A stretch of DNA of 64,000 nucleotides, from NCBI GenBank assembly GCA_965227515.1, contig CBDDFZ010000002.1:1184001-1248000 (forward strand), given 5' to 3'. How positions within the stretch are numbered: the stretch's first letter is position 1; each line of letters starts with the position of its first letter. Both the position numbers and the translations under genes were made by a program. The DNA is from Alphaproteobacteria bacterium. Its GTDB lineage: Bacteria; Pseudomonadota; Alphaproteobacteria; CALKHQ01. Below, piece after piece: positions 48,920 through 58,237 of the stretch. The notes below the pieces were generated by a model. That model saw only the letters and a list, made by a program, of their open reading frames with translations, was not told where the DNA came from and ran no database searches.

Positions 48920-50473
48920 ATGGCTACACCGCAGGAAATGCTTGCCGAGTCTCTAGGGGCCCTCAAAGACCTCCAAGATCGCCAAATTGTAGCTATCCGG
49001 TCCGCCGACCTGACACGAAGCCATCGCGAGCGCCTGCTCAAAAATGGCTTCCTGCAGGAAGTCATGAAGGGCTGGTACATCCCTGCTCGTCCGCATGAAA
49101 CGGCTGGAGAGAGCACCGCTTGGTACACATCATTCTGGGACTTCTGCGCCACCTACCTCCACACCCGATTTGACGACCAATGGTGTCTATCGCCTGAGCA
49201 ATCGCTCTCCCTGCATGCCGGAAACCGCACAGTGCCCAGCCAACTCGTTGTGCGCGCGCAGAAGGGCGGCAACAAGGTCATAGATCTGCCGCATCGTACC
49301 TCCCTGCTCGATGTTCGTTCGGCTCTGCCTGATACGAAGGACATCGAGCGCAAGGATGGTCTCCGCGTTTACGCATTGCCCGCAGCCTTGATCGCATGTT
49401 CGCCAGGCTTTTTTGCCAGCAATCCAATAGATGCGCGAACGGCTCTGGCAAGTATCCGCGACGCTTCCGAGGTTTTGGACCGGCTACTCGAAGGCGGCCA
49501 TAGCACCATCGCTGGACGGCTCGCAGGAGCATTTCGCAATATCGGGCGCGTCCGCATTGCGGATGACATAATGGGGGCAATGCGCGCGGTCGGATACAAT
49601 GTGCGCGAACAAGACCCGTTCGACGACCACATCGAACTCGTCATCGCACGGCACGAAGCGCCCTACGCTCGTCGCATCCGCCTCATGTGGCAGCAGATGC
49701 GCCAGCCGGTCATCCAACGGTTTCCAGCGCCGCCCGGCATGCCAAGAGACGTCGTCGACTATCTCGCGCAAGTCGACGATGTCTATGCTGCGGACGCCTA
49801 CCACTCCCTTTCGATCGAAGGCTACCGGGTTAGCGGTCAACTCATCGAACGCGTACGTACCGGTGGCTGGAACCCCGACCGGAATGAAAAGGACCGCGAG
49901 CACAGAGACGCGCTTGCCGCGCGCGGCTACTGGGAAGCATTCAAGGCCGTCAAGCGCAGCCTGTCGAAAGTCTTGAGCGGAGAGAATCCCGGTGCGGTTG
50001 CCAATGCAGATCACAGTACCTGGTATCGGGAATTGTTCGCACCAAGTGTGGAAGCCGGATTGGCGCGGCCAGCCGACCTCGCCGGCTACCGCAACGCCCC
50101 GGTCTTCATACAGCGCGCCAAGCACGTACCCCCGAGCAGCGAAAATGTCCGAGACTCAATGCCGGTGTTCTTCGAATTGCTGGAGCATGAAACCGAACCA
50201 TCAGTGCGCGTGGTGCTGGGCCATTTCATCTTCGTCTATATCCATCCCTATACAGACGGCAACGGTCGCCTCGCTCGATTTCTCATGAACCTCATGCTCG
50301 CATCTGGGGGTTATCCCTGGACCGTCGTGCCCGTGGAACAACGGAGCACGTACATGGCAGCCTTGGAGGATGCGAGCACAAATGGTGACATCAGACAGTT
50401 AGCCGACTTCGTGGCCCAACTCGTTGACGCTGGGCTGGAAGGTCGCCCCCAGGCACATCTGCCGGCCAGCTGA
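48920..50473 (+). CDS. Fic-domain protein with long N-terminal extension (putative wHTH)
   Basis: HPYTDGNGRLAR Fic motif, SLSIEG inhibitory-helix motif; visibly lower GC3 than flanking genes. Confidence 0.92.
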   Translation: MATPQEMLAESLGALKDLQDRQIVAIRSADLTRSHRERLLKNGFLQEVMKGWYIPARPHETAGESTAWYTSFWDFCATYLHTRFDDQWCLSPEQSLSLHAGNRTVPSQLVVRAQKGGNKVIDLPHRTSLLDVRSALPDTKDIERKDGLRVYALPAALIACSPGFFASNPIDARTALASIRDASEVLDRLLEGGHSTIAGRLAGAFRNIGRVRIADDIMGAMRAVGYNVREQDPFDDHIELVIARHEAPYARRIRLMWQQMRQPVIQRFPAPPGMPRDVVDYLAQVDDVYAADAYHSLSIEGYRVSGQLIERVRTGGWNPDRNEKDREHRDALAARGYWEAFKAVKRSLSKVLSGENPGAVANADHSTWYRELFAPSVEAGLARPADLAGYRNAPVFIQRAKHVPPSSENVRDSMPVFFELLEHETEPSVRVVLGHFIFVYIHPYTDGNGRLARFLMNLMLASGGYPWTVVPVEQRSTYMAALEDASTNGDIRQLADFVAQLVDAGLEGRPQAHLPAS

Positions 50474-50599
50474 TCGGGGCGATGGCGCCTCAATAGGCTG
50501 TTTCTCTCTGATAGCGCCCGCAATGCAGGGATGGTTGCCGCGCGCGCCACCCATGCGGTAGTGTTAACGAAGGTTAACAGGGGCATTCTCGGGGGAGAC

Positions 50600-50983
50600 A
50601 TGGCCAGTGTGGGCGTCGCGCGCGTGGGCGCGCGTTTTCTTGTGGCGGCCGCCGCCGTGTCGGCATTGGCGGCCGTGTCCGCATGCGGGGTCGGCACCAC
50701 CGACCGCTATCGCACGCGGGTGTCCGCCTGGGTCGACCGGCCGGTCGACGATCTGATGGCGCAGTGGGGCGAGCCCGACATGACCGAGCAGAAGGGCGAC
50801 GGGCTGGTTGCGTACGAGTACGCGCTGGACGGCCCGGGCGAGGCGCCGCTTGAGGATCTCGCGCCAGCGGCCGGGCCCGGCGCCCTTGGCAGCCCGGTGG
50901 TCGAAGGCTGCGTCACCCGCTTCGTCGCCGACGATGGCATCATTCGCACCGTCAGCTTCTGGGGCCAGGACTGCCAGGCGTGA
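50600..50983 (+). CDS. Putative lipoprotein
   Basis: Hydrophobic signal ending VSAC, W..LM..WG.P, C...F. Confidence 0.75.
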   Translation: MASVGVARVGARFLVAAAAVSALAAVSACGVGTTDRYRTRVSAWVDRPVDDLMAQWGEPDMTEQKGDGLVAYEYALDGPGEAPLEDLAPAAGPGALGSPVVEGCVTRFVADDGIIRTVSFWGQDCQA

Positions 50984-51094
50984 CTTGGAAGCGGGTCGCC
51001 AGCGGGTCGCCCAACGGTAAGTCGTGACGCGGCCCCGCGGCCGACATCTCGTGCACGGTTGACCGGCGCTGCGCCGCCCCGCATACCGGGGCCC

Positions 51095-52099
51095 ATGCGG
51101 ATTCTCTTCATCGGGCCGACCTACATCGGCGACGCCGTGGTCGCGTCCGGCCTGCTCGACCATCTGGCGCGCGTTCACCCGGCGGCCGAGATCACCGTCG
51201 TGTGCGGCAAGTCGGCGGTGCCGGTGCTGGCGAACATGCCCGGCGTCGTCAAGGTCATCCCGGTGGTCAAGCAGAAGCGCCGCGCGCACTGGTGGGGCGT
51301 GTGGAAACAGACCGCCGGCGTGCGCTGGGACATGGTGGTGGATTTGCGCTCGTCGGGGCTCGCCTATGTGCTGCGGGCCAAGCGGCGCTGCGTCTACTGG
51401 CGCAAGAAACAGAGCCCGCACCACCGCACGGCGCTGTGGGCGCAGACCATTGGCCTCTCGGAACTGCCGCAGCCACGCCTGCGCGCGACCGACGCCGAGC
51501 AAGCGCAAGCCGCCCAACTGGCGCCCGATGGGCCGCCGATCCTGGCACTTGCGCCGTCGGCCAACTGGCAGGGCAAGATCTGGCAGATCGAGAACTTCCG
51601 CGACCTGGCGCTGCGGCTGACGGCCGACGCCGGACCGCTGGCCGGCGGACGGGTCGCCGTGCTCGGCATCGAATCCGAGCGCCCCGGCTTCGGCCCGTTG
51701 CTGGATGCGATTCCGGATGACCGGCTGATCGACCTCACCCTGCCGGGCCGCACGGCGCTGATGCTGTCCTACGCCGTGCTGCAACGCGCCGCACTCTATG
51801 TCGGCAACGACAGCGGTCTGCTCTACATGGCGGTGGCGGCCGACATTCCCGCCGTGGGGCTGGTCGGCCCCAGCCTGCATTTGTTCGGCCCTGAGACCCC
51901 AACGTCCGCCGCGCCATGGGCGCCGAAGGCGGTGGTGGTGCACACGCCGATCACATACGAGGAGTTCCTCGCCCAGCCCGGCTACAACCGGCTGACCACC
52001 GGCAGCCTGATGGGCTCGCTCACCGTCGACGCGGCGTATGAGGGTGCCTTGCAGGCGCTGGCGTTGGGTGCCGGTGCTCCTGCACTGGCGCCGGTCTGA
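51095..52099 (+). CDS. Glycosyltransferase family 9 (heptosyltransferase-like)
   Basis: IGDAV, VDLR, K.W, VGNDSG. Confidence 0.9.
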   Translation: MRILFIGPTYIGDAVVASGLLDHLARVHPAAEITVVCGKSAVPVLANMPGVVKVIPVVKQKRRAHWWGVWKQTAGVRWDMVVDLRSSGLAYVLRAKRRCVYWRKKQSPHHRTALWAQTIGLSELPQPRLRATDAEQAQAAQLAPDGPPILALAPSANWQGKIWQIENFRDLALRLTADAGPLAGGRVAVLGIESERPGFGPLLDAIPDDRLIDLTLPGRTALMLSYAVLQRAALYVGNDSGLLYMAVAADIPAVGLVGPSLHLFGPETPTSAAPWAPKAVVVHTPITYEEFLAQPGYNRLTTGSLMGSLTVDAAYEGALQALALGAGAPALAPV

Positions 52100-52110
52100 G
52101 GCACGCCCGC

Positions 52111-52773
52111 ATGCCGCTCGACAACTATCGCCTGGTGATCGGCCGGCCGCGCGCGCTGGCGCTGGACGACGACGAGAGCCCGCATCTCGGCATTCACGTC
52201 GACGCGGCGGGGCTGGACCACCGTATCGCGGTCAACGTCCGCTCGCGGGTGGCGCCGCACACCTTGCTCTATGCGCGCAAGGAGCCGTTCGTACATCCGC
52301 TGGTCGACCGTCTGGCGCTGCTGTCGCCGGGCACGGTCGACGTGCGCCGCAAGCGGCCCGACCTGGCGGTGGATTTCGCGCGCGGCGGTTTGTTCTCGCG
52401 CGAGGAGATGCGCGCGGCCCCCTATGAGCGGGCCGGGCCGAACAACGACCTGCGCGAGTTCCTGTGGCCGGTGCTGCAGCGCGCTATCGCCCAGTCGGAG
52501 GCGTTGGTCTATGCGTTCGGCGAGACCTGGGGGCCGGAGCAGCGGCGGCGCGACGAGTGGTTCGGCTTCCGCCCCAGCCGCGGGGTGCACGACATCCACA
52601 TGAACCAGGGCAGCTCCGACTATCACGCCCACAGCAACGGCGCGAACCAGGACGGCGCGTTGCTGGTGCGATTGGCCGACCCGCCGCATTGGGTCGCGAT
52701 CTTTCTGGCGTTCCAGGACCAGACCTTCGACACCGACCCGCAGACCGGGCATCCGATCGTGGGACCTCAATAG
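52111..52773 (+). CDS. YukJ/DUF2278 family protein
   Basis: MPLDNY, PH, RIAVNV.S, YAFGE.W, GVHDIHMNQG, QDGAL, FQDQ. Confidence 0.88.
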   Translation: MPLDNYRLVIGRPRALALDDDESPHLGIHVDAAGLDHRIAVNVRSRVAPHTLLYARKEPFVHPLVDRLALLSPGTVDVRRKRPDLAVDFARGGLFSREEMRAAPYERAGPNNDLREFLWPVLQRAIAQSEALVYAFGETWGPEQRRRDEWFGFRPSRGVHDIHMNQGSSDYHAHSNGANQDGALLVRLADPPHWVAIFLAFQDQTFDTDPQTGHPIVGPQ

Positions 52774-52857
52774 GGCGTGACGAGACGCGGCATGGCGCCT
52801 GCACGGCCGGCGTGACACCCTGGCGGCGCGCACGAATCAGCACGGAGCAGGCCCGAT

Positions 52858-53784
52858 ATGAGCGACGGAGACACCGACACCTGTAACATCGCCGTCATCG
52901 GCCTGGGATCGATGGGCCACGGCGTGGCACTTTCGGCGTTGCGGGCCGGCCACCGGGTGTGGGGCGTCGACATAGATGCGGGGCGTGCCGAGCGGTTCCG
53001 GGCCGAGGGCGGCGCGCCTGGCACACTGGCAGAGGTAGCTGCCGACCTGGACGCGGTGGTCGTCGTTGTACTGAACGCCGCCCAGACCGAGAGCGTGCTG
53101 TTCGGGGATGGAGCCGGCAATGGGGGCGTCGTACCGACGCTGCGGCCAGGCGCCGTCGTTCTGGGTTGTGCCACGGTCGCACCGGCGTTCGCGCGCCAGA
53201 TGGCGGCGCAGTGCGCCGAACGCGGCGTGCACTATCTGGATGCACCGATCTCGGGCGGCGCGACCAAAGCGGCCGAGGGCGCGCTTTCGGTGATGGCGTC
53301 GGGCACGCCGGAAACGTTCGCTGCCGCGCGAACGGTGCTATCCTGCATGGCGACGACGGTCTTCGAGCTTGGCGAGGCGCCCGGCGCCGGCAGCGCCATG
53401 AAAGCGGTGAACCAACTGCTGGCCGGCGTGCACATCGCGACAATGGCCGAGGCGCTGACCTTCGGCATGACCCAGGGCGTCGATCCGGACACGTTCATCG
53501 AGGTCATCACCAAGTGCGCCGGGTCGAGCTGGATGCTGGAGAACCGCGCACCGCACATTGCCGACGGCGACTACACCCCACGCAGCGCCGTCGATATCTG
53601 GCCGAAGGACCTGGGCATCGTGCTCGATATCGCGAAGGCGGCCGGCTTCGACGCACCTATCGCAACCGCTGCGCTGCAGCGGTTCAGGGCGGCAGCCGAG
53701 ATGGGGCTGGGCGGCGAGGACGATGCCGCCGTCGCCAAGGTCTATGCCCGGGCCGCGGGCCTGACCCTGCCCGGCGAGGACTGA
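52858..53784 (+). CDS. ltnD: L-threonate dehydrogenase-like (3-hydroxyisobutyrate dehydrogenase family)
   Basis: GLGSMG, DAPISGG, K.VNQLLAGVHIA, SWMLENR, SAVDIWPKDL. Confidence 0.8.
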   Translation: MSDGDTDTCNIAVIGLGSMGHGVALSALRAGHRVWGVDIDAGRAERFRAEGGAPGTLAEVAADLDAVVVVVLNAAQTESVLFGDGAGNGGVVPTLRPGAVVLGCATVAPAFARQMAAQCAERGVHYLDAPISGGATKAAEGALSVMASGTPETFAAARTVLSCMATTVFELGEAPGAGSAMKAVNQLLAGVHIATMAEALTFGMTQGVDPDTFIEVITKCAGSSWMLENRAPHIADGDYTPRSAVDIWPKDLGIVLDIAKAAGFDAPIATAALQRFRAAAEMGLGGEDDAAVAKVYARAAGLTLPGED

Positions 53785-53873
53785 CGCCGCGCCCGCATCG
53801 CCGAACATGGGCCTTGATTTGCATGGCCCGGTGGGTCACAGGTGCGGCACGGGGTAAACACGGGAGTGTCGCC

Positions 53874-54164
53874 ATGACCGAGACCACCACCGAACACGGC
53901 CACGATCACGAGGGCGAAGGCGAGGGCAAGCAGCTACTGCACCTGGTGCTGGGCGGCGAGCTGGTCAGTTCCCAGTCCACCGAGTTCAAGAACATCGACG
54001 AGATCGATATCGTCGGCGTCTTCCCGAACTATGCGACGGCCTACAAGGCCTGGCGCGGCAAGGCGATGTCGACCATCGACAACGCGATGACCCGCTACTT
54101 CATCGTCCACCTGCACCGCATGCTGGACCCGGAAACCGACACCACCCGCGGCGATCAGGACTGA
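53874..54164 (+). CDS. DUF4170 family protein
   Basis: QLLHLVLGGEL, DIVGVFPNY, RYFIVHLHRMLDP. Confidence 0.88.
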   Translation: MTETTTEHGHDHEGEGEGKQLLHLVLGGELVSSQSTEFKNIDEIDIVGVFPNYATAYKAWRGKAMSTIDNAMTRYFIVHLHRMLDPETDTTRGDQD

Positions 54165-54207
54165 CTGCAGGTCTACCCGGTCGGCAGCGGCTTTCACCCT
54201 CGCCAAT

Positions 54208-54345
54208 TGTCATCCTCGGCCGGAGCCCAAGTACATCTACTTGGGCGGAGCGCCGGGGATCCATTGCGCCGCTCGCGCGATGACAACGATGGATCCTCGA
54301 CGCGACGCGGCGAACAAGTTCGAACCGCGCCGGTCAAGGATGACA
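54208..54345. repeat. TGTCAT-type REP-like doublet
   Basis: TGTCATCCTCGGCCGG...GGGGATCCAT...ATGGATCCTCG...GGATGACA. Confidence 0.7.
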
Positions 54346-54383
54346 AGGGGGGTAGTGGCGGGCACTGAGTCTGCCGAGGCAAT

Positions 54384-54467
54384 CGTAGCCCGGGTGGAAC
54401 GGCGTGAAACCCGGGGACATACCTTCACCTCTCTGTGCCCCGGATTGCGCTGCGCTCCATCCGGGCT
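54384..54467. repeat. GTAG-family REP doublet; second REP is split by IS110
   Basis: CGTAGCCCGGGTGGAACGGCGTGAAACCCGGGG...CCCCGGATTGCGCTGCGCTCCATCCGGGCT, continuing as ACG at 55888. Confidence 0.88.
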
Positions 54468-54499
54468 TCTGTAACGGGCCATTGTTGGTCAATCCCTTT

Positions 54500-54731
54500 T
54501 TCGTCGTCCCGGCGCCTGGGTCATGCTTCTGTACGGGGTCGGCGCAGGGCCGCCGCCAAGATGGATATGCGAGGATCGGTCGGTCCAATCTACGGAAGCG
54601 TGCTCTCATGCGAGGCGACATCCCGGATGGCGGCCTGACCTGATCCATCGTCCCGGCGCGGGACGGCGCTTGACGGGCCGGTGTCGGTGCCCGTCGAAGC
54701 TCGTGTGTCGGTTCTCCTTATGCCGCGGCCA
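54500..54731 (-). ncRNA. Predicted bridge/seek RNA of the IS110 element; boundaries approximate
   Basis: Two internal loops carrying CCATCCGGG and CGTAG (target) and CCATCTT and TACAGAAG (donor junction), framed by stems. Confidence 0.8.
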
Positions 54732-55775
54732 TCATGCTGTCGCCATCGCCGGGCGCACCGGTCCGGCATGGTTGAACGGTGTGCCGTCAACCCACATCCG
54801 GTGCATGATGACGGCGAGCCGGCGCGCCAGCGCGACCTTCGCCTTCCTCATGCCCGCACGCCTGGCCAGCTTCATCGCCCAGCTCTTCAGCCAGCCGCCC
54901 TCGATCGGCCGGGTCAGAACCACGTGCGCCGCCTCATAGAGGGCCGAGCGCACATCGGCGTCTCCTACCTTCGATATCCGCCCCATCACCTCGCTCTCGC
55001 CCGACTGGCGCTTGGTCGGCGTCAGGCCGAAGTGCGCACCCACCAGGCGCGACGAGGCAAACCGCCCGGGGTCGTCCACTCCCGACAAGTAGGTCAGTCC
55101 GACAATGCTCCCCACGCCCGGCACCGTCATCAGCAGGCGAGCGCGATCGTCGGCCTGCGATGCCGCTCGGACCTGCCGGTCCAGCGCCGTGAACGATAGC
55201 AACAGGCCATCGCGTGCCGACAGCAGCGCCCCCGCCACCGCCTCCAGTACCGGATGCCCCGCCACAAGCTCCGAAATACGTGTCGAAAAGCTGCGCCTGG
55301 TGGTGTGCCCTACCTTCAGCCCGAAGTTCCGCAGCTGACCACGAAGGTGCATCTCAAGATCGTGCAGCTTCGCGCGGAGCTGGTCGCGACCCTTCAAAAG
55401 GGCCCGCATCTCCTGGGCCGCCAAAGACTTGCAGTGAACCGGCCGAAACCAGCCCACACGCATCAGCTGAGCAATCCCGCGTGCGTCCGAGCGGTCCGAC
55501 TTCACCGGCATCGTCGAAAGGGCTCGCGCAACATGACGCGTCTCCAGCAACTCAACCGAAAGACCGCCCTCGCTACATCCCCGCACAAGCCATTGCGACA
55601 ACGGCCCCGCCTCAAGACCAATCCGCTCAACCGAAATCCCCAAAGACCCAAACCACAACAACAAACCCGCCGGCGTGCTCGCAATACGAGCCTCGCAGAC
55701 AATCCCGCCCGCGCCGTCAACAACGCACACCGATGACCATTCCAAAGAAACGTCAATCCCGGCATAGTAGTTCAT
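54732..55775 (-). CDS. IS110-family recombinase/transposase
   Basis: DEDD motifs GIDVS, GLEAG, KSDRSDA; VPGVG; RQSGE catalytic Ser; ALARRLAVIMHRMW. Confidence 0.95.
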   Translation of the reverse strand: MNYYAGIDVSLEWSSVCVVDGAGGIVCEARIASTPAGLLLWFGSLGISVERIGLEAGPLSQWLVRGCSEGGLSVELLETRHVARALSTMPVKSDRSDARGIAQLMRVGWFRPVHCKSLAAQEMRALLKGRDQLRAKLHDLEMHLRGQLRNFGLKVGHTTRRSFSTRISELVAGHPVLEAVAGALLSARDGLLLSFTALDRQVRAASQADDRARLLMTVPGVGSIVGLTYLSGVDDPGRFASSRLVGAHFGLTPTKRQSGESEVMGRISKVGDADVRSALYEAAHVVLTRPIEGGWLKSWAMKLARRAGMRKAKVALARRLAVIMHRMWVDGTPFNHAGPVRPAMATA

Positions 55776-55905
55776 GGTCGTCTCTCCTCGATGTCTTGGA
55801 GCGGCAAACCCGACTCCGTGTATGACACCGACATCTTGAGGGACGACCACTCATGCAAGCCACCAAACGAGGGCCGTTAGCCCATCTACGCAGTCAGCAG
55901 CGGGC

Positions 55906-56892
55906 TCAACCGTCCCCCGGCCACGGGCCGGCCTGGGCCTCCAGCGCCTCATAGTCGATATCGGGCTCATGCACCGCGCGGATACGGGCGAACTCCCGGC
56001 CCTTGACCAGCGCGGTCAGCGCGCGGTTGTAGGGCACGTCGATCCCCAGCGCCTCTGCCTCGCGCACCAGCGCGCCGTTCAGCGCATTGATCTCGGTCCG
56101 CCGCCCGGCGTCGACATGCTGCTGCATCGACGGGCGCGAGAACTTGGTCCAGCAATGCCGCTTGATGGTGCTGCGGATGTCCTTGTCCGGGATGTCGAGC
56201 CCCTTGGCGGCAACCACGGCGAGCGCCTCGTCGATGATCCGGTCCTGGAAGTCGTTCACATCGGGCTGCCGGGCCAGTTCGCCGAGCCGGAGCCCGGTCG
56301 CGGCGCAGATCGGGTTGATGGCGATGTTGAGCAGGAACTTCTGCCAGATCACCGCCATGATGTCGGGGCTGATGGAGGTGGGAAAGCCTGCCGCATCCAG
56401 CATCGCCTTCACAGTCGCGGCGCGGTCCGTTGACCGCCCGTCCAGTTCGCCGATGGTGGTGGGGCCCTGGTGGGTCTGGGTCACCTGGCCCGGTCCGCGC
56501 ACCATGAAGCTGGACATGCTGGACCCGCCCAGCACCCGCGCCGCGCCGAGCACCTCGACCAGCGCCTCGACATTGCCGATGCCGTTCTGCAGCGTCAGCG
56601 CGAACCCGTCCGGCGCCAGCACCTGTGCCGCGGTCATGGCGGCATCGGCGCTGTGGTTGGCATCGACCGTCACGATGGCGAGGTCGGCGGGCGGCGCCTC
56701 GGCGGGGTCGGCGTAGGCCGCCATCGCGACCGTGTGCGCGCCCGGTACGCCGTCCAGCCGCAGCCCGTCGCGGTTGATCGCCGCGACGTGGTCGGCCAAC
56801 ACATCGATCAGTGTCACGTCGACACCGCTCAACGCCAAGCGCGCGCCATAGCTGCCGCCCAAGGCCCCCGCGCCGATCACGCATACCCGCAT
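55906..56892 (-). CDS. Ketopantoate reductase family protein
   Basis: IGAGALG, LQNG, WQKF..N, SMQQ..RTE...LNG. Confidence 0.88.
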   Translation of the reverse strand: MRVCVIGAGALGGSYGARLALSGVDVTLIDVLADHVAAINRDGLRLDGVPGAHTVAMAAYADPAEAPPADLAIVTVDANHSADAAMTAAQVLAPDGFALTLQNGIGNVEALVEVLGAARVLGGSSMSSFMVRGPGQVTQTHQGPTTIGELDGRSTDRAATVKAMLDAAGFPTSISPDIMAVIWQKFLLNIAINPICAATGLRLGELARQPDVNDFQDRIIDEALAVVAAKGLDIPDKDIRSTIKRHCWTKFSRPSMQQHVDAGRRTEINALNGALVREAEALGIDVPYNRALTALVKGREFARIRAVHEPDIDYEALEAQAGPWPGDG

Positions 56893-56941
56893 GCCGTCCT
56901 CCCGTTGTTGCGCGATAGCAGAGAGAGGATGCGGCGCAAGG

Positions 56942-58237
56942 TCAACCGCTTTTGAGGTCCGCGAGCTTGCGTTCCAGCAGCCGTTGCTCCTGGCGCGACG
57001 TCGTCTTGCGCCACGCCGTGCGCAGATCGGCGCGCGCGCCCGCCATGTCGCCCAGCCGGGTCCTGAACTCGGCGCGTGCGGCATGGAACAGGTAGTAGTC
57101 CGCCGACAGGTTCCAGTCTCGGTCGACCTGCTCCAGCGCGGCCAGGGCGGCGTGCGGCCCATCGGTTTCCGCGACCGCGATGCAGCGGTTGAAGGCATAG
57201 AGCGGACCGGGCGCCAGCGCCATCAGACGGTCGTAGTCGCGCAGGATCGCTGGCCAGTCGGTGGAGTCGTAGTCGCTCGCCAGGCAATGCCGGGCCGCGA
57301 TGCCGGCCTCCAGGTGATAGCGCGAGATGTCGTCGCCCTCCGCCGAGGCCGCCAAGTGCGCTAGTCCCGCGCGGATGGCGTCGCCGTCCCAGGCACCGCG
57401 GTCCTGGTCGCGGAGCAGCACGATGGCGCCGGCATGGTCGATGCGCGCATCGAACCGGGCGGCGTGCAGCAGCATCAGCGCCATCAGGGCGCGTACCGGC
57501 GGGCGGTTGCAGGTGGGGTTGTCGAGCAGCACCTGGCAGAGGCGCATAGCATCGCCGCACAGCTCGCGCCGGATCAGCGCGTCCGGGTGCGCGGAGTGGT
57601 AGCCGGCGGCGAAGATCGCATAGATGGTGGCGAGCACGCCCTCCAGCCGTTGCGGCATCTCGGCGGGCGGCGGCACCTCAAGGGCGATGGCGCCGTCGCC
57701 AAGCTGTCGGCGCGCGCGCTGCACCCGCTTTGCCGCCGTGTCCTCGCCGGTCATCAGGCAGCGGGCGATTTCCGCCGTGCTGAAGCCGCCGAGGAATTTC
57801 AGCGCGAGCGCGACCTGGCCGGGCAGGGGGATCGCCGGGTGGCAGCAGGCGAACAGCATCCGCACCTCGCTGTCGCCGATCTCCGCGCCAAAGTGCGGTT
57901 CGTCCGCATCGTCGGGCGGGAACAATTGGTCCAACAGGCCGGGGTCGTCGGCGTAGCGTTGCGCGGTGCCTTGCCGGCGGGTGCGGTCGATCAGGTGATT
58001 GCAGGCGGCCCGGTAGAGCCAGCCGCGCACGTTCGCCGGACGTCCACTGAAACGCCAGCGTTCCAGCGCGCGCAGCACCGCCACCTGTACCGCGTCCTCG
58101 ATCTCGTCGATGTAGGCCGGGCCGAACCGCGCGGTCAGCACGGCGATGATGCGCGCGGTGTCGTGGCGGAAGCTCTGCTCGACGGTCCGCGCGACGTTCT
58201 CCACGCCCGCTGGCGCGGCAGCGCTCATGTGGCTCAT
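56942..58237 (-). CDS. ECF sigma factor with long C-terminal TPR-like extension (ECF42-like)
   Basis: EDAVQ, GWL, MLFACCHP, EIAR, SRYHLEAGIAA, TDW..I; ATGA overlap with the YciI gene. Confidence 0.9.
   Translation of the reverse strand: MSHMSAAAPAGVENVARTVEQSFRHDTARIIAVLTARFGPAYIDEIEDAVQVAVLRALERWRFSGRPANVRGWLYRAACNHLIDRTRRQGTAQRYADDPGLLDQLFPPDDADEPHFGAEIGDSEVRMLFACCHPAIPLPGQVALALKFLGGFSTAEIARCLMTGEDTAAKRVQRARRQLGDGAIALEVPPPAEMPQRLEGVLATIYAIFAAGYHSAHPDALIRRELCGDAMRLCQVLLDNPTCNRPPVRALMALMLLHAARFDARIDHAGAIVLLRDQDRGAWDGDAIRAGLAHLAASAEGDDISRYHLEAGIAARHCLASDYDSTDWPAILRDYDRLMALAPGPLYAFNRCIAVAETDGPHAALAALEQVDRDWNLSADYYLFHAARAEFRTRLGDMAGARADLRTAWRKTTSRQEQRLLERKLADLKSG

Larger units (their letters stand above)
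54468..55887 (-). mobile_element. Complete IS110-family (IS1111-type) insertion sequence, about 1420 bp
   Basis: CT core at both junctions (54466-67, 55886-87); imperfect subterminal IRs TAACGGGCC (54472-80) and GGGCCGTTA (55871-79); long non-coding end downstream of the transposase. Confidence 0.92.

Noticed and set aside
50563-50578. GTTAAC-GAAG-GTTAAC as a CtrA box
   Set aside because: TTAA spacing is 6 nt rather than 7; it may be another operator but nothing supports that
53809-53823. GG-N10-GC sigma54-like motif upstream of DUF4170
   Set aside because: Poor match at the -24 element (TGGGCC) and no enhancer visible
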